Shown here in pieces: positions 1 to 7,209 of a stretch of 46,835 nt of DNA. The position numbers and the translations under genes are program-made. Position 1 is the first letter of the stretch, and every line of letters begins with the position of its first letter. Source of the DNA: a virus; the IMG/VR virus record IMGVR_UViG_3300028831_000183, positions 1 to 46,835 of that record; one strand, given 5' to 3'. Under the pieces are notes generated by a model, which was given only the letters and a program-made list of their open reading frames with translations, was not told the DNA's origin and did not search any database.

Positions 1-141
1 GCCTTATCAACCTCGCTAATCGGCCTGTCTGTGGTAAGCCCGGCCATGGTTTCAAGGCCGCTCGCAAGGCCGCTAGAGCCAAGCGTGAAATCGATCAGCA
101 TCTTGCCACACTAGACGCGCAGATCAACAACTGGACAAGCC
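1..141. repeat. Terminal duplication, copy 1 (identical to 46695-46835)
   Basis: Read base by base: 1-141 equals 46695-46835 exactly. This indicates a circular assembly overlap or terminal redundancy. Confidence 0.95.
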
Positions 142-254
142 GCAATGGTAAGGCCGACAAGCAAGAGCGCGCGAAACGGTGGGAGAATTTCCAGCAAGCG
201 ATCCGCGCGTGGAACCCTGACACGCTGCTACGCCATCACCTCTTAGGTGCATAA
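1..254 (+). CDS. Hypothetical protein, 3' part of the junction-spanning ORF that starts at 46628
   Basis: The frame continues from 46628..46835 (codon phase starts at base 3). The TAA stop is at 252-254. The joined product is about 106 aa. Confidence 0.6.
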   Translation, partial: LINLANRPVCGKPGHGFKAARKAARAKREIDQHLATLDAQINNWTSRNGKADKQERAKRWENFQQAIRAWNPDTLLRHHLLGA

Positions 255-282
255 CACATCGGTCAGCAGAAACGCCAGCGCG

Positions 283-311
283 AAAGCCCCTACACTCAGG
301 TAGGGGTTTTT
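283..311. terminator. Bidirectional intrinsic terminator between convergent units
   Basis: Stem aaagcccctac (283-293) pairs with gtaggggttt (300-309), loop actcag, followed by a T5 run. An A-run sits on the other side. It lies between the plus ORF end (254) and the minus operon end. Confidence 0.7.
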
Positions 312-505
312 GCTTGCCGTCGCTTGTGAGCCTTCTGGCGGGCCTTAGCGCGGCGCTCTGCTCGTTGCGCATTGCTGTCAAAACCCTTTGCACGTTGTAC
401 GCGCGGACTGACATATCCGTAATCAATTCCGATCAATGGTCTCGGAAGTCCGACGCCGCGTATTGCTTTCTGCGCTAGCAAGCGCTCGTTGTCATCTGTA
501 TTCAT
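296..505 (-). CDS. Hypothetical small protein with a very basic C-terminus
   Basis: 69-aa ORF. Its ATG shares one base with the upstream stop (TGATG coupling at 505). The stop falls inside the terminator loop. No recognised domain. Confidence 0.35.
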   Translation of the reverse strand: MNTDDNERLLAQKAIRGVGLPRPLIGIDYGYVSPRVQRAKGFDSNAQRAERRAKARQKAHKRRQAKTPT

Positions 506-858
506 CAGTAAATCTCACACGGACAAACGGCTTCTTTCACAGGTACCGCAACAGGCCAAACGGTTTTATGTCCGTGTTCGTCGTATGTATCGTAATATCC
601 GAGTACAAGTAATCGACCTTGAAACTGCATAAACTTCGCGGTGGCATTGGGGTTAAGCGGTAGAGCTTTTTCCTCTGGGTTCGTGCCTTGCGGCGTATAC
701 TGCACAAGCCGGACAGATGTAACAGCGCCGGGCACCTTCGCAAAGAATAGATAGAAAATGCGACCGTCGCTATCGATCGCTACGGACATATCAACATTAT
801 CTGCAAGCGTGAAATTGGCTGGATATGGGATATGTATTACCTCCGGCGGAAACTGCAT
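505..858 (-). CDS. Hypothetical protein
   Basis: 117-aa ORF, 4 nt downstream of the holin gene on the same strand. No recognisable motif. Confidence 0.5.
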   Translation of the reverse strand: MQFPPEVIHIPYPANFTLADNVDMSVAIDSDGRIFYLFFAKVPGAVTSVRLVQYTPQGTNPEEKALPLNPNATAKFMQFQGRLLVLGYYDTYDEHGHKTVWPVAVPVKEAVCPCEIY

Positions 859-862
859 TGTT

Positions 863-1375
863 TTAGCCCTTCGCGCTATTTACATCTACATTTGACGCAG
901 TAGTTGTATCAGTAGACGTAAACGATAGCGGCGTAGTCATACGCTGCAAGTTATCGATGATCGAGCCAGTCAACGTCGTAACGATCATCGAAAATCCCAA
1001 ACTTGCAATCCCATCTTGGATCATCGGTGGCAAAAAGCCATCTAGGCCCAGTAATACCAAAATCCACACAAGCAAATAGCCTAATATGTAGGGTAACACA
1101 TTGCTTGCGTAGAACGTCGCAAGGCGTTGTATATCGAAGATGCGCAAGCGCAACGCACACATCACGCCTAACACAACGTCAACGAGGATAAATGCAAGGA
1201 TTGTACGTGTTTTGCTATCCTGCCCGAAACGGCGCAATACATCTGCAAATGTTTGTCCGTTTGTCGGCTCCGGCGTACCAAACCACAAGCCAATCGCCGT
1301 AAACGCGATAATTAGCACAACGGCAAGAATTGAATACGTATTCGGACCTAGTAGTGAATTATGGCGTGCTGTCAT
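863..1375 (-). CDS. Putative holin (four-TM, phage_holin_4-like)
   Basis: 170 aa with about 4 hydrophobic helices and a polar C-terminal tail. The pattern ILVDVVLGV...LRLRIFD resembles phage holin_4/tox-secretion holins. It lies in the same cassette as the amidase endolysin. Confidence 0.6.
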   Translation of the reverse strand: MTARHNSLLGPNTYSILAVVLIIAFTAIGLWFGTPEPTNGQTFADVLRRFGQDSKTRTILAFILVDVVLGVMCALRLRIFDIQRLATFYASNVLPYILGYLLVWILVLLGLDGFLPPMIQDGIASLGFSMIVTTLTGSIIDNLQRMTTPLSFTSTDTTTASNVDVNSAKG

Positions 1376-1379
1376 TGTT

Positions 1380-1724
1380 TTATCCTCCTATCAATGCTTC
1401 TATTAGATTTGCCCAATAGTCTAAAGTGTTTTCACTTTCACTTGCATTTGCTGCAACACGATCGGCTACATTATCATCATTTGTGCCTAAATACAGATGC
1501 TTCGGATTTACACATGTCGAATTATTGCACGTGTGCAGAACATGTTTATTACCTGTCGCGCCTTTGGCTATTTCGTATGCCACGCGATTTGCGCGCATTG
1601 TTGCACCGTTGACGCTTACAATACCATAACCTTTTTCATTCTTAGCGCCCTGCCATAACCAGCAAGTACTTGTTTTCTTGACCTTGCCCCAAAACCGCCC
1701 GATTGTATTTTTATCATATACCAT
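1380..1724 (-). CDS. HNH_3-type homing endonuclease
   Basis: 114 aa. Motif CWLWQG...GYG...NRVAYE...VLHTCNNSTCVNPKHLYLGT is typical of free-standing phage HNH (HNH_3) endonucleases. Confidence 0.8.
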   Translation of the reverse strand: MVYDKNTIGRFWGKVKKTSTCWLWQGAKNEKGYGIVSVNGATMRANRVAYEIAKGATGNKHVLHTCNNSTCVNPKHLYLGTNDDNVADRVAANASESENTLDYWANLIEALIGG

Positions 1725-1725
1725 A

Positions 1726-2496
1726 CTAGATAACCTGTTCTAACATACTAGGGTGATTAAGTACAAATCCTAATTCATCTGCCCGGTGTACGTACATATT
1801 GACGCCAGCATACGGCACTCCTGGTACTAAGTGGTCAACAGCAAATACAGTATTCGCTGGAATAACCGCAGTGCCATGCAATGCAACATTGCGATTATCT
1901 GCTCTAATCTCAGGACTTTCACGGACTTTGCAATTCACTTTCGTCTTAAAGTAAAGCATCTGGGGGATTGCAGCGTGATCGTCACGCCATTGCAGTAAAT
2001 GCGGAAACAATGTACCGGGACATTGTGTAGGCTTCCATTCCTTATGCCCTTTAACGTTAACAGTCAAAATCCCAAATTCACGCTGAAATGCTGGAATGAC
2101 GACGTTAAACAAACTATGCAATTGCGCTAATGTCGGTTGCTGATCGCCGCCAAGCGGGCAATGCCAGGCAATTGATTGTGTATTGCCGATAAAATTTCCA
2201 CAATGCCATAAAAGCGCAAGCCAGTCACGCAATTGCAAATTCAGCCCGTCGAAAAGTGTTGCGCCGTGATATTGTATACCGTCGCCGCCGCTTGCAGCAC
2301 CTAACGCGCCCGGTCGCATGTGATACGTTGCGTCGAATTGTAACTGCGCGATCTCACGCGATCGATCGCCAAACCCTGCGACCATCGGACCATTGTAGTG
2401 AATTGTAAAGTAACGCGTTACTTGTCGCGTGCCAATAGACCATTTTGCGCGCGGCATTTTGCTACGATAATCAAGGTACGGAAACGATAGTACCAT
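1726..2496 (-). CDS. Endolysin, N-acetylmuramoyl-L-alanine amidase (Amidase_2/PGRP) with a C-terminal binding domain
   Basis: 256 aa. Motifs HYNGP, WHCG...NTQSIAW and GHKEW..TQCPG are zinc-amidase motifs. The C-terminal roughly 70 aa look SH3-like. Confidence 0.8.
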   Translation of the reverse strand: MVLSFPYLDYRSKMPRAKWSIGTRQVTRYFTIHYNGPMVAGFGDRSREIAQLQFDATYHMRPGALGAASGGDGIQYHGATLFDGLNLQLRDWLALLWHCGNFIGNTQSIAWHCPLGGDQQPTLAQLHSLFNVVIPAFQREFGILTVNVKGHKEWKPTQCPGTLFPHLLQWRDDHAAIPQMLYFKTKVNCKVRESPEIRADNRNVALHGTAVIPANTVFAVDHLVPGVPYAGVNMYVHRADELGFVLNHPSMLEQVI

Positions 2497-2701
2497 CTAC
2501 GTAAACCTTCTGTAACGATACATATGCCATAACATATGTCGGCTGTACCTCGATTGCATTAACATAGTAGACGTACTGCACAACATGATCGTTCGTACGT
2601 ACATCGATTTGCATTTGCTGACCGTCTTTCAACATAGCATGTGGCAATTGCTCAGACGTAAGCAAATGGCCCGCTGTTTCTGTGTCATATATGTGTATCA
2701 T
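2471..2701 (-). CDS. Hypothetical protein
   Basis: The ORF track starts at a TTG (2752). The ATG at 2699-2701 has an AAGGA RBS and a TAATG overlap with the upstream stop, so the shorter 76-aa form is preferred. Confidence 0.45.
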   Translation of the reverse strand: MIHIYDTETAGHLLTSEQLPHAMLKDGQQMQIDVRTNDHVVQYVYYVNAIEVQPTYVMAYVSLQKVYVDGTIVSVP

Positions 2702-2916
2702 TACGTATCCTTTATCTTTGTCGCAGCGTATTCGATACGTGCCACTAAACAACGTTGCGTTGTACGATTATGAATTAGTGATGCAGCTTTCTTATCAGCA
2801 TCTTGCTGTGTAGCATACCTAAACGATTTCCAGCACTTTTTCGCGTCTTGATACATCACAATGTACGGACGTGCGATGCGTTCTATGCGTCCTATGTTAC
2901 GACGTTGATCTGGCAT
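2701..2916 (-). CDS. Hypothetical protein
   Basis: 71-aa ORF immediately downstream of the large terminase gene (2-nt gap). Confidence 0.45.
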   Translation of the reverse strand: MPDQRRNIGRIERIARPYIVMYQDAKKCWKSFRYATQQDADKKAASLIHNRTTQRCLVARIEYAATKIKDT

Positions 2917-2918
2917 AG

Positions 2919-4373
2919 CTAGATCGGAACAAACTGTTCCTCTGTATCAGGATAGTAAATTTCTTCTTGCTCATCTAATTCTTGCCCAATATTATCGACA
3001 AACGCGACAAGATAGCGCATGCTATCCATACCATGATCGTCTTTCTTGACAGGCTCTTCTTTTACCGGCTTTCCGTCCGCTGCTTTAGCCCAAACATAAC
3101 TCTCGATTTCATCGGCGGTACACGTCGGTTTATGGTTCTCAACCAGTTCAGGATCAACCTCAACTAATGCATCACGCATATACCGTATACGCGGCAGTCC
3201 GTCACCACGTAGACGCATACGCAGCTGGACAGCTTCTATACCAAGCTTGACGGGCTTAAAAGCGCGAATAGTTTCAAGTCCGTTCTTAGCGAGCGTTGCT
3301 CTATCTTCGGCATCATGATCAGCGATATATGCATATATTTCTTCTCGCTGCGGGTTAGGTATCGGTTGCGAACGACTATCAAGCAAAACATCACCATTAG
3401 CGTCCAATAGATACCATTTTTCCAATTGCTGTATCTGTTTCGCATGGTCGTCTACTAACCTTCCTGTCATGTATATCTCACGGTAGAGATATAATACATC
3501 GTCCGGTGAGAACGCCCACCACTGGCATACAAAAGGGTTATTATATCCAAAATCAATGCTAACAATACGTAACCAATCTAAGGGCGGATCGAACCAATCA
3601 CATAGGTGCTTCTCAGGATCATACTCATTGTAGATTGCGCCCTCAGCGCTTACCCAGAGGCCCTTGAAGAGCCTGAAAAAGCGAACACCGCTAAGATTAC
3701 CCAAAATTTCCATGACACGCTTACCAGCATCTGTAAGCACGCCTAGCGCATCGTATAATCGAGGATTATCTGTGTGAAACGACGGCAGCAGCTTGATTGA
3801 TTTGCGCTGCAAAATCCAATGATGCTGCGTTGCGGGATTGCAATCGCCTAGCACAAGAGTGTAGGGCGCGTTGCCTGCCCGGCCTGTCGCTCTAGTTGTT
3901 AAGGTCTCCCAATCGCCTAGCAAAAACTCTTCGACCTGATTGCCATATATAATGTCAAATTCACCAGATAGGAGCTTTTCTGCCTTGTCTAGTCCGTCAA
4001 CGTAAAGCCTTGATCCATTTGGATAATCATACCATTCTGGTTTTTGACCACCGAACGGCTTTACGTCGTTGCCTTTTAGATGAATAATCTTGGCGTAGGT
4101 ACGTAGTACAGTAGCAAATAATGATGCCCTCGTTTTCCTAACAATAATACCGACGCTCTTTGGATACTGCCGCAAGAACGTATCGACACGCCAGAGCGCC
4201 GCAAACGTTTTACCCGTTTCAGCCGGGCCTTGAATGATGATCTCAAAATCTTGAATTGTTTGGATTTCAAGCGCGCTACCTCGAAATTCCGGTTGTATCG
4301 CTTTCGCCGCTTGCAAGCTGCGGCGCCGCTGTTGCGCTAATCGTTGCGTTATCATCGGTCGATAGGATTTCAA
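2919..4373 (-). CDS. terL: Terminase large subunit
   Basis: 484 aa. Walker A-like QGPAETGKTF, then an ATPase half followed by an acidic nuclease half (IADHDAEDR, DDHGMDSMRY). Follows a small HTH protein. Confidence 0.85.
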   Translation of the reverse strand: MKSYRPMITQRLAQQRRRSLQAAKAIQPEFRGSALEIQTIQDFEIIIQGPAETGKTFAALWRVDTFLRQYPKSVGIIVRKTRASLFATVLRTYAKIIHLKGNDVKPFGGQKPEWYDYPNGSRLYVDGLDKAEKLLSGEFDIIYGNQVEEFLLGDWETLTTRATGRAGNAPYTLVLGDCNPATQHHWILQRKSIKLLPSFHTDNPRLYDALGVLTDAGKRVMEILGNLSGVRFFRLFKGLWVSAEGAIYNEYDPEKHLCDWFDPPLDWLRIVSIDFGYNNPFVCQWWAFSPDDVLYLYREIYMTGRLVDDHAKQIQQLEKWYLLDANGDVLLDSRSQPIPNPQREEIYAYIADHDAEDRATLAKNGLETIRAFKPVKLGIEAVQLRMRLRGDGLPRIRYMRDALVEVDPELVENHKPTCTADEIESYVWAKAADGKPVKEEPVKKDDHGMDSMRYLVAFVDNIGQELDEQEEIYYPDTEEQFVPI

Positions 4374-4824
4374 TTACCACTTCGTAAACGTCCGGTGGAA
4401 GTTTTCTTTGCAGCAAATCGAGCACACGTGTTAGCTCTTTAATCAAAAGCTGTTGTACCTGATCGCTTGCGCTATTGCGATAGGCTGGATTGCGCGCCGC
4501 AAGCATTGCAAGCAAGAGCCGATCGCTGTATTTCGTCGTTACCTGCTCTGAAATTAAATCGCCTTTGATGCTGTATTGCCGATACGTAGATGTAACACCG
4601 TCAACCGCGCGCTCGTGTGCAGTATCCTCTAGATACTCTGCGCCCTCTTGTAGTGCAGTCTCCCACCGCTCTTTAACCCACGCAAAATCTGGATCGTTTC
4701 GATACCGATACGCTGTTGCGCGCGATATACCGCTATCTTCACACGCTTTTCTAATCGACAAGCCCATCGATAGCGTATCAAAAAATTTGCGCCACTGTAG
4801 CGGTTGAACTGTCTCTAGTGCCAT
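4276..4824 (-). CDS. terS: Terminase small subunit (HTH)
   Basis: 182 aa. N-terminal HTH LSIRKACEDSGISRATAYRYRNDPDF. Lies directly upstream of terL and overlaps it. Confidence 0.6.
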   Translation of the reverse strand: MALETVQPLQWRKFFDTLSMGLSIRKACEDSGISRATAYRYRNDPDFAWVKERWETALQEGAEYLEDTAHERAVDGVTSTYRQYSIKGDLISEQVTTKYSDRLLLAMLAARNPAYRNSASDQVQQLLIKELTRVLDLLQRKLPPDVYEVVIEILSTDDNATISATAAPQLASGESDTTGISR

Positions 4825-4843
4825 TTTATCGAGGTGGTCTCAA

Positions 4844-5257
4844 TTAAGGTACTAAATGCAAAAGCTTGCCGATCCATTCAAGATACGGCAAGCCCGTAAC
4901 AAACCCTACAACAATCAACGCATAACGCGCACCACGCACTTGATTAATCAACGCCTCACGATGCGATTTGGCCTCATCTAATCGATTGTTGATTGCACCT
5001 ATCAATTTATTCTGATCCTGAATTTGTTGTGCCAATCCGACAAGATTTTGCTTCGGATTACCTCTCACTAGCTCATCAAGATCGCCGAACATCTGCTGCA
5101 ACACAATTACATCACGATTGAACTGCTTTAACATACCCGCTTGTATTTGTTGCTCCGATCGTACAGGCGCAATGCTATTTGTCCATTCGCGCTCAACAGC
5201 CTCACGAATGAGATAACGTAATACTGCGTTGTGATCGTCAGCTGGCTGGTTACTCAT
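4844..5257 (-). CDS. Hypothetical coiled-coil protein with a C-terminal TM helix
   Basis: 137 aa. Heptad-like central region and a hydrophobic tail, YALIVVGFVTGLPYLEWIGKLL. Confidence 0.5.
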   Translation of the reverse strand: MSNQPADDHNAVLRYLIREAVEREWTNSIAPVRSEQQIQAGMLKQFNRDVIVLQQMFGDLDELVRGNPKQNLVGLAQQIQDQNKLIGAINNRLDEAKSHREALINQVRGARYALIVVGFVTGLPYLEWIGKLLHLVP

Positions 5258-5576
5258 TGCTAAAGTATTGCATAACGAGCGCCGCTAACTCGTCTACCTT
5301 ATTTTCAACGGCCATAAATTGATTTGCTAGTGAATGCATGCGTTCGATAAGCTTTTCAATCTTTTCGCTTTCATTACGCTCGTTGTCTTTGAGACGTGAA
5401 ATTACAAGCGTTGAAAGCTCTTGGAAATCATCTTTTATCGTAGCATACACGTCTGATGTATGACGCAAGCGCGCATAAAACAATTCTCCCAGTTGACGAA
5501 TAAGCGTTGCACTTTCCTGCGTTGACGCTTGATCCGCTATTTCATAAAATTTGCGTAGTATTTCGTCGGCATTCAT
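5250..5576 (-). CDS. Hypothetical coiled-coil protein, first gene of the leftward operon
   Basis: 108-aa ORF that overlaps the next gene by 8 nt. No obvious SD sequence. Confidence 0.45.
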   Translation of the reverse strand: MNADEILRKFYEIADQASTQESATLIRQLGELFYARLRHTSDVYATIKDDFQELSTLVISRLKDNERNESEKIEKLIERMHSLANQFMAVENKVDELAALVMQYFSNE

Positions 5577-5702
5577 CGGCTAAAAATGTTTTGCGCTGTT
5601 TACACATGGGGGGCGTCATCAACGCCAGAGCCATGCCACCCCGAAGCTGATGCGCAACCGTGTATAAACAGCGCACGCAAAGAGAGGAGAAGTATCGAGC
5701 CT

Positions 5703-5731
5703 ATACTAGCACGATTTTTTAACTCCGTCAA
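5703..5731 (-). promoter_or_regulatory. Leftward promoter (class A): TTGACG-17-TGcTAGTAT
   Basis: On the minus strand the -35 TTGACG is at 5726-5731 and the -10 TAGTAT is at 5703-5708, preceded by TGc. The hexamers are the same as in the 11040 promoter. Confidence 0.6.
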
Positions 5732-5827
5732 CGTACAACCTGTAAAGGGCCTATTCATATACATGAAGGAAAAAAAAATTTTTTTTTTCTTACGTGTATG
5801 TAACCAGGCCCTTTACAGGTTGTACGT
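5731..5827. repeat. Perfect 21-bp inverted repeat flanking an A9T10 tract
   Basis: acgtacaacctgtaaagggcc (5731-5751) is the exact reverse complement of 5807-5827. The centre carries A9 (5770-5778) and T10 (5779-5788). The left arm abuts the leftward -35. Confidence 0.9.
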
Positions 5828-5898
5828 AGGTTTTTTGGCTTTCTAATGCGAAACTAGAACATAAATTCTGAGAGAAAGGTTAAAAAGTCTAAGAAATC

Positions 5899-5927
5899 TT
5901 GACACCAGACCCGATCTATGATACACT
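5899..5927 (+). promoter_or_regulatory. Rightward early promoter (class A): TTGACA-17-TGaTACACT
   Basis: -35 TTGACA at 5899-5904, 17-nt spacer, extended -10 TG (5919-5920), and TACACT at 5922-5927. Confidence 0.6.
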
Positions 5928-5933
5928 ATCGAA

Positions 5934-6100
5934 GCACGGCAAGGCTAGTTCCCCTTCCTGCTCCCTGCTGGCCCCCAGTTCCGCCAGCGACAACCAGCGG
6001 TCGTATGTAACGGTATCGGCCGCGATCATACATATGACCGCTGGTTGAAAAAATCGGTACATTGACAGCCCGTTACCTGTCAATGTACCGATTTGCATTT
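5934..6100 (+). ncRNA. Structured early leader or possible small RNA (two long hairpins, the second terminator-like)
   Basis: Hairpin 1 pairs 5991-6009 with 6029-6047 (19 bp, one G-U). Hairpin 2 pairs 6051-6068 with 6077-6094 (18 bp perfect) and is followed by gcattt. No credible ORF. Confidence 0.35.
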
Positions 6101-6121
6101 GTACGCAACAGGAGTAACACC

Positions 6122-6316
6122 ATGATTATAAAGACAACGTTTTCCCAATTATGTGCAGATGCGATTGCGTATAATCGTATCTATCTCCCACGAGATACCA
6201 AATATACTGTTTACGATTACATACGCAAAATGTACATCTACGGTCACGTGCAATTTGCTATATCGTACACACCCTTAATGCGCAGCTTCGCATTGTTGAC
6301 GCTAACCGATGTGTAA
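6122..6316 (+). CDS. Hypothetical small protein
   Basis: The ATG at 6122 is preceded by AGGAG at 8 nt. 64 aa. The longer track ORF (6062) would begin inside the hairpin. Confidence 0.45.
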   Translation: MIIKTTFSQLCADAIAYNRIYLPRDTKYTVYDYIRKMYIYGHVQFAISYTPLMRSFALLTLTDV

Positions 6317-6334
6317 ATGCGATAATGAAGGACT

Positions 6335-7147
6335 ATGACAGCAATAAAACATCTATCGCCGTTTCGTTACCCTGGGGGTAAAGAATGGTTTAAGCCATAT
6401 GTCAATGACTGGGCGCGTATGTGCGGCCCCTTTGATACGTTCGTTGATCTCTTTTCGGGCGGTTGCTCGATTGGCTTGCACGTAGCACAACAAAAGCTCG
6501 CAAGTCACGTTTTCCTAATCGAGCGTGATCCGCGCATAGCAGCATTTTTTCTTACGGCATTCACGGAGCCGCAGGAAATTATCGATCGCATACGTCGATT
6601 TGATTGCACGCCGCGTGCAGCTGAGCGTGTTTGTAATGACACGTCAACCCGTGCTGCAATTGGGTTTGCAGCGTTCCTCAGAAATCGGATCAATTTCGGT
6701 GGATTACAACACGGCGGCATGCTCAGATGGGGATATGACGGATTAGGAATACAATCCTGCTGGTATGCTGATACTTTGATCAAGCGCGTCAAAAACCTTT
6801 TCGCATTGCGTGATCGGATAACCTACCTCTGTGTTGACGCATTCGATTTTCTCTTAAATTTTCAGCAATCAGCACATGTGTTTATCGATCCGCCTTACCC
6901 TCTAAGCAATCGGCAATTATACACGTTCAATCATATCGATCACGCAAAATTGTTTGATACGCTCGCATTCAGAACCGATCTTGATTTTCTCATGACGTAC
7001 AACCAGGATCAAACAATTCTGGATTTGATTAAACAACACGGATTTAAGTACAAGCTTGTACCAATGCGCACGTTACGCGCTGAAAAGCGGTATGAATTAG
7101 TTATTCATCGTACATTTGCAAGAGGGGTAGCGCCATGCAAGTCCTAA
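6335..7147 (+). CDS. D12-class N6-adenine DNA methyltransferase (Dam-like)
   Basis: 270 aa. Motifs FRYPGGK (N-terminus), FVDLFSGGCS (SAM binding) and FIDPPY (catalytic DPPY). Confidence 0.85.
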   Translation: MTAIKHLSPFRYPGGKEWFKPYVNDWARMCGPFDTFVDLFSGGCSIGLHVAQQKLASHVFLIERDPRIAAFFLTAFTEPQEIIDRIRRFDCTPRAAERVCNDTSTRAAIGFAAFLRNRINFGGLQHGGMLRWGYDGLGIQSCWYADTLIKRVKNLFALRDRITYLCVDAFDFLLNFQQSAHVFIDPPYPLSNRQLYTFNHIDHAKLFDTLAFRTDLDFLMTYNQDQTILDLIKQHGFKYKLVPMRTLRAEKRYELVIHRTFARGVAPCKS

Positions 7148-7172
7148 CTCGGTCGTATACTCATTCCGTAGG

Positions 7173-7191
7173 TACCGCGTTAGCGGATCGC
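7173..7191 (+). promoter_or_regulatory. 19-nt 5'-UTR motif taccgcgttagcggatcgc, copy 1
   Basis: Exact repeat of 12346-12364. It ends 18 nt before the primase ATG and contains the ccgc/gcgg mini-hairpin. Confidence 0.5.
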
Positions 7192-7209
7192 GATTGTTAA
7201 GGATACATC

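Noticed and set aside
124-426. 100-aa minus-strand ORF at the left end.
   Set aside because: It overlaps the end of the junction-spanning plus ORF, the terminator and the coupled 69-aa ORF. There is no RBS and no coupling.
3586-3595. tRNA T-arm-like GGTTCGATCC (minus strand).
   Set aside because: It lies inside the terminase large subunit reading frame. No acceptor, D or anticodon arms can be drawn around it. I found no tRNA in the window.
5586-6098. ORFs 5586..5846 (+) and 5916..6098 (-) in the divergent control region.
   Set aside because: They run through the palindrome, the A9T10 tract and the promoter and hairpin elements. They lack RBSs, and promoter and terminator logic explains the region better.
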